From an uncultured virus (IMG/VR IMGVR_UViG_3300028840_007457) (taxonomy: Duplodnaviria; Heunggongvirae; Uroviricota; Caudoviricetes): 64,000 bases of DNA. A program made the position numbers and the translations under genes. Under the pieces are notes generated by a model. It saw only the letters and a program-made list of their open reading frames with translations, was not told the DNA's origin and searched no databases. Below, piece after piece: positions 1 through 8,667 of the stretch (its first letter is position 1; each line of letters opens with the position of its first letter). The stretch lies in the IMG/VR virus record IMGVR_UViG_3300028840_007457. One strand, 5' to 3'.

Positions 1-1
1 T

Positions 2-1120
2 GCTTTTGATATTCAAAAAATTAAAGATGGTGCTAGAAGGGGTAAGCTGTTTGGAGTAATTAGTTGTAATAAATATGGTCGAAAAGATATTACTAAAATA
101 GGAAAACAGATTAGACGTCCTGTTGACGATTTAAAGAAAGGTATGACTTTATTTTGGATGCACGATGATGATGCTGGAGATGCTAAAGAGAAAGATAGTT
201 TTTCTAAAGGGGATCCTTTTAAAATTAAGTGGATTAAAAAGAAGGGTCTTTATTTGTTAGAATATGAGGGGAATAAAATTTATGGGGAGCCAACTCCTTA
301 TGAAGAGATTGTCCCAATTCCAGATCCAGAGGAAATTGAGGAAACTTTAACCCGTGTCGGCTGTTACGACTTGCTTGAGGAGGCATTAGGTAAAATGGCA
401 AAGAAGTCCAAAAAGAAGCCTACCAAGACGTCTAAGCGTAAGGGACGTGCTGAGTATGACGAGGATGACGACGACGAAGATCTGGATAGCGAATATGAAG
501 ACGATGAAGATGAGGAAGAGTACGAGGAGGATGAAGACGAGGAAGAGTACGATGACGACGATGATGACGACGACGATGATGACGACGATGATGATTTAGA
601 TGACGACGATGAAGATGAAGACGATGATGATTTAGATGACGACGATGAAGATGAAGACGATGAAGATGAAGACGATGATGATGATGATGAAGACGATGAC
701 GACGACGACGATGATGACGACGACGATGATGATGAAGACGATGACGACGACGACGATGATGATTTAGATGACGACGATGATGACGACGATGACGACGACG
801 ATGATGACGACGATGATGACGACGATGATGACGACGATGATGACGACGATGATGACGATGATGACGACGATGATGACGACGATGATGACGACGATGATGA
901 CGACGATGATGACGACGACGATGACGACGATGATGATGATGATGATGACGATGATGACGATGATGATGACGACGACGATGATGACGAAGAACCAGCGCCT
1001 AAGAAACGTAGGTATAGTAAGAAGCGCAAAGATGCCAAAAAGAAAAAGGCAGCTCCGAAAAAGCGTGGACGTCCAAAGGGCAGCAAAAATAAGAAAACTA
1101 AAAAGAAGCGCAAGAAATAG
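2..1120 (+). CDS. 5'-truncated protein: globular N-domain, long Asp/Glu tract, C-terminal Lys-rich AT-hook (possible SSB or nucleoid/chaperone protein)
   Basis: The frame of the 143..1120 ORF is open back to position 2 (AFDIQKIKDGARRG...), so the gene starts before the window. About 180 aa of D/E, then AAPKKRGRPKGSKNKK. Confidence 0.75.
   Translation, partial: AFDIQKIKDGARRGKLFGVISCNKYGRKDITKIGKQIRRPVDDLKKGMTLFWMHDDDAGDAKEKDSFSKGDPFKIKWIKKKGLYLLEYEGNKIYGEPTPYEEIVPIPDPEEIEETLTRVGCYDLLEEALGKMAKKSKKKPTKTSKRKGRAEYDEDDDDEDLDSEYEDDEDEEEYEEDEDEEEYDDDDDDDDDDDDDDDLDDDDEDEDDDDLDDDDEDEDDEDEDDDDDDEDDDDDDDDDDDDDDEDDDDDDDDDLDDDDDDDDDDDDDDDDDDDDDDDDDDDDDDDDDDDDDDDDDDDDDDDDDDDDDDDDDDDDDDDDDDDDDDDDDEEPAPKKRRYSKKRKDAKKKKAAPKKRGRPKGSKNKKTKKKRKK
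455..991 (+). repeat. GAY/GAR trinucleotide low-complexity tract encoding poly-Asp/Glu
   Basis: About 73 uninterrupted GAT/GAC codons at 767-985, partly with 12-bp period GATGATGACGAC. Confidence 0.95.
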
Positions 1121-1226
1121 TCCAACTTGCTATGGTTATTATCGTGAAAAACCACGGTGCAAAAAGTGTATCTGGTTAGCTCCTTGTGTGGATTTAAACA
1201 CGATACTGCTTTCAATCAAACGATAA
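1032..1226 (+). CDS. small Cys4 zinc-binding protein overlapping the end of the acidic ORF (+1 frame)
   Basis: MPKRKRQ...PTCYGYYREKPRCKKCIWLAPC; the Cys motif lies in otherwise unassigned sequence 1121-1226. Confidence 0.45.
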   Translation: MPKRKRQLRKSVDVQRAAKIRKLKRSARNSPTCYGYYREKPRCKKCIWLAPCVDLNTILLSIKR

Positions 1227-1259
1227 TAATTTGTAGATAAAAGAACCAGATTACTGGCG

Positions 1260-1625
1260 ATGGTACGCAGTTGGAAATATACAGGAACCTGGAATGATGC
1301 TAAGACTTTACATCAGCGTTCTTGTTTAGAAGTACCGTGGTATATTCCAAGTGCTTTATCATCGCTAGGTGAATCTTTTATTCTTTATTTATTTAGTGAT
1401 AATCCTATTAGTAAACATTTTACTACTGTTATTGATAATTTTTTAGTTAGAGAAAACCATCAAAATAATCTAATTGTAGCAGTAAATGTAAAGTCAGAAG
1501 AGATACTAAATTACTTTTCTGTTTCGATACTACCACAATTAAGAATTTTTTATGTTGGGAAAGAAATATCACGGCATCACGGTACTAAAAGTTATGACGA
1601 ACTTTATAAGTTATTAGTTTCGTAA
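1260..1625 (+). CDS. thioredoxin-fold-like protein lacking CxxC
   Basis: C-terminal pattern VAVNV..EEILNYFSVSILPQLRIFYVGKEISRHHG resembles the thioredoxin C-terminal half. Confidence 0.5.
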   Translation: MVRSWKYTGTWNDAKTLHQRSCLEVPWYIPSALSSLGESFILYLFSDNPISKHFTTVIDNFLVRENHQNNLIVAVNVKSEEILNYFSVSILPQLRIFYVGKEISRHHGTKSYDELYKLLVS

Positions 1626-1648
1626 CAAAATGAAAAGGTACAAAATTC

Positions 1649-2965
1649 ATGGGAGCCAAGAAACCCGTCTTTGCATTTCATCCAGCAATTGCAGCCATTA
1701 ATGCTTTTAAAGCTGTTAAAGGTTTGGATTGTGCTCCTCTTAAAGAGGCTAGACGAGTACACAATACTGTATCTTCTGGTAGCCTTTCTATAGATTTAAT
1801 TTTAGGGGGTGGATTTCCTTCAGGAAAATTTGTAACTATTTTCGGGCCAGAAGGTTGTGGGAAGAGTACACTATTGCAGGAATTAATTGTTAGTTGTCAA
1901 ATGAATTTTATTACTGTAGTTCATTATGATTTTGAAAGTGGATCTGATCCGGTTTACATGAGTAATCAAGGTATCGATCTAGATCACAGCATTGTTTTGC
2001 CAAAGATTAATAAAAATGGGACACCAGCTAAAACAGGTAATAAGATTGAGTACCCGAATTATTTTTATTGTCAGCCTGATTTTGGTGAACAAATGTACAG
2101 ACATATTCTCGTTACTTTAAAAGCCCTCCCAGAGGTAGAAAATAAACCACCTCAAATTGTATTTTTGGTAGATAGTTTTGCTGCTATGAGTTCTGAAGAA
2201 GTAGACGACGAAACTGGTGAGGGTCGTATTGCTCCGCAAGCTAGAATGCATAGCAATTTCCTTCAAATGATTCGCCCACGTCTTAAGAGGAAAGGCGCTC
2301 TTTTACTAGGTTCTAATCAAATGAGAACTGCAATTGGTCAATGGGGCAATCCACAAAAAGAATATGGTGGAGCTGCCCTTATGTATTATCCTGACCAAAA
2401 AATAATGCTTACCAGACGGAAACTGGTTAAAGATAAAACCAAAGTTGATGTTCTTCCGATTACAGCTAGAACAACAAAAAATAAAGTATTTATGCCTCAC
2501 CGGATTTTAGAGGGATTAGGAATTATTCTTGCACGTGGTTTAGATAGATCTCTAGATGCTGAAGTCTTCCTTAAAAAGACTGGTCATCTTAAAGTAACTG
2601 GTAATGGATTGCGTCAAATTGTTTTCCCCAAAAAAGAAACTAAGAAGCTCAGTTGGATGAAATTCCGACAACATGTTGAAAATCCGAAATTTAGAGCTTT
2701 TTTATTCAGGCGTTTGAAAAAAGATAGGGTATTTGAAGAATATATGCAACATGACGGACCTCAAAATTATTTCTATGATCAAGATTTTGAAGAATATGAA
2801 GAAGAAGAAATAGATCAGGAAGAGGTTCAACGTCGCGTAGAAGAAGAAGGATCTGAATACAGAGACTTACGTAGACGCAGACGTAAGCAAGGTAAAAAAG
2901 GGAAAAAACGTTCTAAAAAACAAACTAGAAATGATGAAGAACTAGAAGAAGAAATGGCGAGCTAA
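1649..2965 (+). CDS. recA: RecA/UvsX-like recombinase
   Basis: SSGSLSIDLILGGGFPSG, Walker A GPEGCGKST, Walker B FLVDS, QARM, NQMR, GGAAL, KNKV motifs; extra acidic/basic C-tail. Confidence 0.92.
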   Translation: MGAKKPVFAFHPAIAAINAFKAVKGLDCAPLKEARRVHNTVSSGSLSIDLILGGGFPSGKFVTIFGPEGCGKSTLLQELIVSCQMNFITVVHYDFESGSDPVYMSNQGIDLDHSIVLPKINKNGTPAKTGNKIEYPNYFYCQPDFGEQMYRHILVTLKALPEVENKPPQIVFLVDSFAAMSSEEVDDETGEGRIAPQARMHSNFLQMIRPRLKRKGALLLGSNQMRTAIGQWGNPQKEYGGAALMYYPDQKIMLTRRKLVKDKTKVDVLPITARTTKNKVFMPHRILEGLGIILARGLDRSLDAEVFLKKTGHLKVTGNGLRQIVFPKKETKKLSWMKFRQHVENPKFRAFLFRRLKKDRVFEEYMQHDGPQNYFYDQDFEEYEEEEIDQEEVQRRVEEEGSEYRDLRRRRRKQGKKGKKRSKKQTRNDEELEEEMAS

Positions 2966-3468
2966 TGAAAATTAAACGTTGTAATATGTTTCTCGAAAAA
3001 GCGGATGCCATTGTTATTACTACCAACGGAGATGTTAAAAAAGATGGTGGTGCAGTAATGGGGAGAGGAGTCGCACTTCAAGCGGCTCGTTCTTGGTATG
3101 GTCTACAAAAGTTACTAGGCACTAAATTAAGTAAAAAAGGAAACAGAGTTAGGGTTCTAACTAAAAACGATGCTGCGGTTCCTTATCTTTCTTTACCTAG
3201 GAGAACAGATCCTCTTTTGGTGGCTGTTCCGTGGCATATTGTATCCTTTCCTGTTAAGTATCACTGGAAAGATAAAGCGGATTTAGAGCTTATAGAAACA
3301 AGTTGTAAACAGTTAAATAAACTGATATTGAAAAGAAATTGGAGGAGAGTGTTATTACCAAAACCCGGGTGTGGGAATGGTGGTTTAAATTGGAAAAAAG
3401 AAGTGAGAAAAATTGTTAAATCGTACTTCGGAAAATCAAATAAGGTTGTGATTGTAACTGAACCGTAG
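2965..3468 (+). CDS. macrodomain (ADP-ribose binding/hydrolase, DarG/TARG1-like)
   Basis: DAIVITTNG, VMGRGVA, FPVKYHW, LPKPGCGNGGLNW motifs. Confidence 0.85.
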   Translation: MKIKRCNMFLEKADAIVITTNGDVKKDGGAVMGRGVALQAARSWYGLQKLLGTKLSKKGNRVRVLTKNDAAVPYLSLPRRTDPLLVAVPWHIVSFPVKYHWKDKADLELIETSCKQLNKLILKRNWRRVLLPKPGCGNGGLNWKKEVRKIVKSYFGKSNKVVIVTEP

Positions 3469-3497
3469 CAACCTTTGGCAACGAAAGGAAACATCAA

Positions 3498-3827
3498 ATG
3501 CCAAAAAAGAAGAGAACAAAGAAAACAGATGCAGCTCCTAAGAAGCGCGGGCGTCCTAAGGGAAGTACAAACAAGAAAGCTGGAACTCCTGCTGGTGATG
3601 CACCTACAGCAAAGCAGGTAAAAGCTCGCATTAAGAAAGCGAAAGCAGACGTGGGTGTTAAAATTGTGACTACTTCTAAGGTTAAGGAAGTGCTGAAAGC
3701 TACCGGTCTTCGTGCTGAGAAAGATATTGAGGCATGGCTGGCCAATGAGCTTTATGCTATGATCAAAAAAGCGTGTCTTCGCACCCTTCGTAATGGTCGT
3801 AAGACTGTGCGCGGCTGGGACCTTTAA
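3498..3827 (+). CDS. bacterial-type histone-fold protein (Bd0055/HMf-like) with Lys-rich N-terminal AT-hook tail
   Basis: C-terminal ~57 aa IVTTSKVKEVLK...CLRTLRNGRKTVRGWDL carries the histone RKTV-x-x-x-D signature. N-tail contains KKRGRPKGS. SD AAAGGA upstream. Confidence 0.85.
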   Translation: MPKKKRTKKTDAAPKKRGRPKGSTNKKAGTPAGDAPTAKQVKARIKKAKADVGVKIVTTSKVKEVLKATGLRAEKDIEAWLANELYAMIKKACLRTLRNGRKTVRGWDL

Positions 3828-3875
3828 TTAGGTCTTTTTCCACCCTCCTTCTAAATCTTAAACAGGTTAAGTTCA

Positions 3876-4937
3876 GTGACTCGTTTCCTCCATACGGCGG
3901 ATATTCACCTGAATGCCCTTAGAGAATTTGATGGATTTTTAAGGAGGGTGGAGAAGACACTTCAGAGTATAACTGATATTGCTGTTATACATGAAGCTGA
4001 TTTAATTGTAGTAGCTGGAGATATTTATCATAGTAAAAGTATTACTCACCTTGAACGGCAACTATTGAGCGATTGGCTTGGTTCATGCCCCCTTCCTATT
4101 ATTGCTATAAGCGGAAATCATGAAGATAGATCTGAAGATTTGGGGGATACGTCCCTTAGCTATCTTTCTAAAATAAAACATAAAAAACATTTTGTTTATG
4201 ATAATTACCCTTCTTTCTTTAAGAAAAAGGGTTGTTATTTTATTCTGTTCCCTTTTGCAGACTGGACTAATAACGAATTTAGGTTACTGCTTGAAGCTAT
4301 CTTAGAAAATATTCCAGAAGATGATTTACCTATTGTGGTTGTACTTCATGAATATCTAAGAGGGGCAAAAACAGATACAGGTTTTGTAAAAGAAAAAGGG
4401 GGACAAATTGTACTTGTGGAAAATTTGTTTCCAAGAGTTACCTACTGGGCTTTGGGAGATGTTCACAAGTGCCAAAAGATAATCTCCAATGCCTGGTATA
4501 GTGGTTCACCTCATCAAACTCGCTTTGATGAAAAATTACCCAAAGGTGTTCTTTTAGTAGATACAGATAATCCTACCGAACCTGAAATTATTCCAATTAC
4601 TAGCTCACCGCTTATACATTGTTCAAAATTACCAGAAGAAATTCCGTCAGATGCTTTTATAGATTTTGAACCCGAAACTCTCGCAGATGCTGCTGTTGGA
4701 GAATTGCCTCCAAATGTTAAATATCATCCAAATGCTAAGTTGTTTAAACGTCAAAGAACAAGCAATCTAGAAAATATAGAGTTTGGATTATTTGCTCAAC
4801 TTGACGACTACTTAGATGAAGCTGGATTAAGCCACAAGATGAAAGGTCGCAGCTGGCGGTATTTGAGGAAAATTGGAAAAAGTTTAGGTGTTAAAGTTCC
4901 TATTCCTAAACAATACAAGCGAAAGAAAAAAGTCTAA
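3876..4937 (+). CDS. sbcD: SbcD/Mre11-like metallophosphoesterase nuclease
   Basis: HTADIH, VAGDIYH, SGNHE, ALGDVH, YSGSP motifs. Confidence 0.9.
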   Translation: MTRFLHTADIHLNALREFDGFLRRVEKTLQSITDIAVIHEADLIVVAGDIYHSKSITHLERQLLSDWLGSCPLPIIAISGNHEDRSEDLGDTSLSYLSKIKHKKHFVYDNYPSFFKKKGCYFILFPFADWTNNEFRLLLEAILENIPEDDLPIVVVLHEYLRGAKTDTGFVKEKGGQIVLVENLFPRVTYWALGDVHKCQKIISNAWYSGSPHQTRFDEKLPKGVLLVDTDNPTEPEIIPITSSPLIHCSKLPEEIPSDAFIDFEPETLADAAVGELPPNVKYHPNAKLFKRQRTSNLENIEFGLFAQLDDYLDEAGLSHKMKGRSWRYLRKIGKSLGVKVPIPKQYKRKKKV

Positions 4938-5857
4938 TGGAAGAATCTTTGATTATACATCACCGGGGTTGTAGTGATGGGATTTGTGGAGCCCTTGTTC
5001 TCTATTTAGGCTTGGGTGAAAAAGCAGAAGTCATGTCTGCTCAATATGGAGAAGATCCTCCTCCAGATGAAGTTATTACAGATAGAGACATATGGATTGT
5101 CGATTTTAGTTATTCACGAGATACGTTAGTGCACATGAACGAAATTGCCTCCAATCTTATTGTTTTAGATCATCACGAAACTGCTAAAAACAATTGTGAA
5201 GGTTTAGATTTTGCCACTTTTGATATGAACAGAAGTGGAGCACAACTCGCATTTGATTTAGTAAAAGGTTTGCCTACAGCTGCTAGCAAAGAGTTTAAAG
5301 AAATCAAATCTATTCTTGAACAATTAGTTGGTTACGTTCAGGATAGAGATTTGTGGCAATGGAAATTATTGGGAAGCAGAGAAGTAAACGCATGGTTAGC
5401 TAGTTGGCCTAGAGACATTGAAACCTGGATTCAAATTCTAAATTTTCTTAAAACATCTTCTGACGCTGAACCCACACTGCCAAATGCTGTTTCTGGTTAT
5501 GGAGCAGCTATTTTAAGGTCACAAGATCAACAGAAAAAATCTTTACTAGCTGGAGCGTGGCCTGGAGTTGCAGCTTCTGTTCCTGGTTTTTCTGTTGTTA
5601 AAGTTATGATTGCCAATAGTCCTATTCTGCAAAGTGAAGTTGGAGAAGAGTTGGCCTTAGTAAAAGGTTGTGATATGGGAGTGTGTTGGTTTCAGAAAAA
5701 TGACGGTGAGTACGTTTATAGTTTGAGAGCTAGTGATAATGGTTTTGACGTCTCTTCTTTTGCCCAGCATTTTGGAGGTGGTGGACACAAAGCTGCTTCT
5801 GGATTCACTAGTGATAAAAGCCCAGAGGAAATATTTGCCAGAGTTTTTGCCGACTAG
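4937..5857 (+). CDS. DHH/DHHA1 family phosphoesterase
   Basis: CSDG, VDFSY, LDHH, DRDLWQW, SLR, GGGGHKAASGF motifs. Confidence 0.9.
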   Translation: MEESLIIHHRGCSDGICGALVLYLGLGEKAEVMSAQYGEDPPPDEVITDRDIWIVDFSYSRDTLVHMNEIASNLIVLDHHETAKNNCEGLDFATFDMNRSGAQLAFDLVKGLPTAASKEFKEIKSILEQLVGYVQDRDLWQWKLLGSREVNAWLASWPRDIETWIQILNFLKTSSDAEPTLPNAVSGYGAAILRSQDQQKKSLLAGAWPGVAASVPGFSVVKVMIANSPILQSEVGEELALVKGCDMGVCWFQKNDGEYVYSLRASDNGFDVSSFAQHFGGGGHKAASGFTSDKSPEEIFARVFAD

Positions 5858-5864
5858 TTTTTAA

Positions 5865-7499
5865 ATGTCTTTACAATGTCATTACCACATTTATCAGGGG
5901 GACTGTTTAGAGCGATTAAAATCCATTCCTTTTGGAAATTGTGTAGACTTAATTGTTACAGATCCACCTTATGGATTGAACTTTATGGCATCTAAACCTT
6001 TTTGGGATAAGGCTGTACCACCTGTTGAAGTTTGGAAAGAATGTTTTAGAGTCCTTAAACCTGGTGGCTTCGCTTTTGTACAATGCATTCCTCGTCAAGA
6101 CTGTCTCAGCAAAATGATTTTAAATTTACAAGAGGCTGGATTTGAAACCAATTTCACCAGTCTTTACTGGACATTTGCTACAGGAATGAATAAAGGTACT
6201 AATCTTAGTAAAGAAGCTGATAAGAAAGCCGATAAAAAACGTAAAAAATCTGGATTAAGCTCTAGTAATCCGAATTCTAAAAAAGGTGGTTATAAAGGAA
6301 AACGGTACAAAGAAAAAAGAGAAACAAAATTTGGAGTTGTTCAAGATCAACCAGACGATACAATTCCAACTACTCCAGAAGCAAAAAAACTGGATGGATC
6401 TTTTGGAGGATTCCAACCCAAACCCGCCACAGAAGTCATCTTATGCGTAATGAAACCAATCGAAAAAGTGACAAGAGAACAACTCTATCAGAGCATTGGT
6501 TGGGATTATTGGTACACTAGCGTAAGGAAACTGAAAACTAAAAAACAAATTGCAGCTTTGCAGAAAAAATACGGGTCCAAAAAATATATCAAAATTGGTA
6601 AAACAGTTAAACGACGTTTGGCTCTTAATCCTGATTTAAAAGATGAAGTGTGGTGCGGTAAGAAAAAACTGGAAAGTAAACCATACAAAAATACCACCTT
6701 TAAGACATTTCTTACTCAAGCTTTGGTAAATGGTAAAGGTTGTACTTGGTTGGGAGATTGTAGAATTCCTACTAAAGATTTTGTAACAGTGCTTAATATA
6801 GGTGTACCAGGGAATAATTTCAACGATGATTCTTATGTATGGTCCGGTGTAGATTATTATATGTCGTCTGAGGGTCGTTTCCCTGCTAATATTCTTGTAA
6901 GTGATGACAGTTTAAATGATGGTTTTAAACGAACTAGTGGTAAAATGAAAGCCAATACTAAGCGTAGAAATAGAAAAGGATATAGTGGTAAAATGCCCAA
7001 GAAAACCAATGCTGAAACTATTGGAGATTCTGGTTCATTTTCTCGTTATTTTGATTTAGATGCTTGGTTTTTAAAATTTGTAAATGACTTACCTAGTAAA
7101 GCTCAAAAGACTTTTCCTTTTCTTATTGTTCCTAAACCTAGTAAAAAAGAAAAGAATGTTGGTTTAGAAGATTTACCGGAAAAAATAAGCGATCCTATTG
7201 CTAGGCATAGAGGTAGAAGGATGAAAAAACCATCTCGTATTGATGGTAAACCACCTTCTAAAATGGCAAATCACCATCCAACGGTAAAACCCGTTACACT
7301 TATGAGTTATTTAATTACTCTCGGGTCACGTCCTGGAGATATTGTTTTAGATCCGTATTGTGGTAGCGGAACTACAGGTATAGCAGCTCGCCTTCTTAAT
7401 CGTACTTTTATTGGTATGGAGTTAAATAAAGAGTATGCTCGAATTGCAAAACGTCGTATTGGAAAACCGACTAAACTGTTTGTAAAGAAGAAGTCATGA
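5865..7499 (+). CDS. DNA N6-adenine/N4-cytosine methyltransferase (beta class), orphan
   Basis: GDCLE, TDPPY near the N-terminus; HPTVKP and DPYCGSGTTG near the C-terminus. Confidence 0.92.
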   Translation: MSLQCHYHIYQGDCLERLKSIPFGNCVDLIVTDPPYGLNFMASKPFWDKAVPPVEVWKECFRVLKPGGFAFVQCIPRQDCLSKMILNLQEAGFETNFTSLYWTFATGMNKGTNLSKEADKKADKKRKKSGLSSSNPNSKKGGYKGKRYKEKRETKFGVVQDQPDDTIPTTPEAKKLDGSFGGFQPKPATEVILCVMKPIEKVTREQLYQSIGWDYWYTSVRKLKTKKQIAALQKKYGSKKYIKIGKTVKRRLALNPDLKDEVWCGKKKLESKPYKNTTFKTFLTQALVNGKGCTWLGDCRIPTKDFVTVLNIGVPGNNFNDDSYVWSGVDYYMSSEGRFPANILVSDDSLNDGFKRTSGKMKANTKRRNRKGYSGKMPKKTNAETIGDSGSFSRYFDLDAWFLKFVNDLPSKAQKTFPFLIVPKPSKKEKNVGLEDLPEKISDPIARHRGRRMKKPSRIDGKPPSKMANHHPTVKPVTLMSYLITLGSRPGDIVLDPYCGSGTTGIAARLLNRTFIGMELNKEYARIAKRRIGKPTKLFVKKKS

Positions 7500-8662
7500 C
7501 AACCGAAAACGCCCCAAAAAATATATCTCTTGCTATCAAATACCGTCCTCGTTCTCTTAAAACGGTAATTGGACAAGACTTAGCTGTTCAAAAAATTAGA
7601 GGAATGGTAGAAGCAAAAACTATTCCACCTACTATTCTTTTAGCCGGTCCTTACAGCTCTGGTAAAACTACCCTCGCTAGGTTAATTGCTCTCTATGCCA
7701 ATTGTGAAAAACTCACTCCTCAGGGTGAACCTTGCCGAAAATGTGATAGTTGTAAGGCTATGCGCTCTGTTATAATGGGGACAGGTACCCATCCAGATGT
7801 TAAAGAAATAGATGCAGCTGATAAACGAAAAATAGAAGATATGCGGAATCTTCAGGAGCAAGCCGAATATGCTCCTATTACTCGTTACAAAATTTTTATT
7901 CTGGACGAGTGTCACCAAATTACTGGTCCTGCTTGGCAAGCAGCTCTTAAAACATTTGAACATCCTCCTGGGGATAGTCGATTTATTCTTTGTACCACTG
8001 AACCAGAAAAGTTGCCTAATACTATCCGTAGTAGAGCTACTAAATTTATACTACGTCCTATTTCTCCGGCTCTTACATCTAAATTACTTCTCCGAATAGG
8101 CAAAAAAGAGGGATTGAACTTAACAAAAAAGACTAGACAAGAAATAGCTGGTGTGGTTAACGGTCATCCAAGAGATGCCTTGATTCTGTTAGAGAGTGTG
8201 GTAAATTATGTTAGGACAGCAGGCAAGTCAGTTGATATTAAAAAACATCTTCCAACCATACTTCGCGAGAGTGCTGCGGCTAAGCCTTACTTGGCTTCTC
8301 AAGATTATGTCAGTGCTCTTTTCTCTCTCGATTTAGCATTGGCTTTTCAAGCTGTAAATAGTGTAGAAAACCATACATCTTTTATTGATCAAATAGTTTT
8401 AATTTTGCATTTGTTACTTACTAGTTGGGTGGATAAAAAACTTACTGATAGATCTAAATTTTGGGCGGTCAAAAATGTACAACATGTAGGACGTGAGGTA
8501 GCTCTTAAACATATTCAAGATATTAATACTATGCTCAAGCTCCTACTTTCTGCTCAAGCATCTATTAAAAGCTATACAATCAATGCTCATGCAGTTTTGG
8601 AAAGTGTGGCTATCGAAGCAATTTCTATTGGAAAATCAACCTGGGGGAAGAAAAGGAAGTAA
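7496..8662 (+). CDS. dnaX: DNA polymerase III gamma/tau-like clamp loader subunit
   Basis: KYRP, GPYSSGKTT, Zn module C..PCRKCDSC, EIDAAD, ILDECH, TIRSR. Confidence 0.9.
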   Translation: MTTENAPKNISLAIKYRPRSLKTVIGQDLAVQKIRGMVEAKTIPPTILLAGPYSSGKTTLARLIALYANCEKLTPQGEPCRKCDSCKAMRSVIMGTGTHPDVKEIDAADKRKIEDMRNLQEQAEYAPITRYKIFILDECHQITGPAWQAALKTFEHPPGDSRFILCTTEPEKLPNTIRSRATKFILRPISPALTSKLLLRIGKKEGLNLTKKTRQEIAGVVNGHPRDALILLESVVNYVRTAGKSVDIKKHLPTILRESAAAKPYLASQDYVSALFSLDLALAFQAVNSVENHTSFIDQIVLILHLLLTSWVDKKLTDRSKFWAVKNVQHVGREVALKHIQDINTMLKLLLSAQASIKSYTINAHAVLESVAIEAISIGKSTWGKKRK

Positions 8663-8667
8663 GACCT

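Noticed and set aside
768..1031. Met/Thr-repeat ORF (also 13255..13458)
   Set aside because: Shifted-frame reading of the Asp repeat; only the Cys-rich end was kept as a candidate.
364..1215. 283-aa minus-strand poly-Ser ORF (similar cases at 13223..13474 and 45927..46355)
   Set aside because: Antisense shadow of GAY/GAR codon tracts, which lack stops on the reverse strand.
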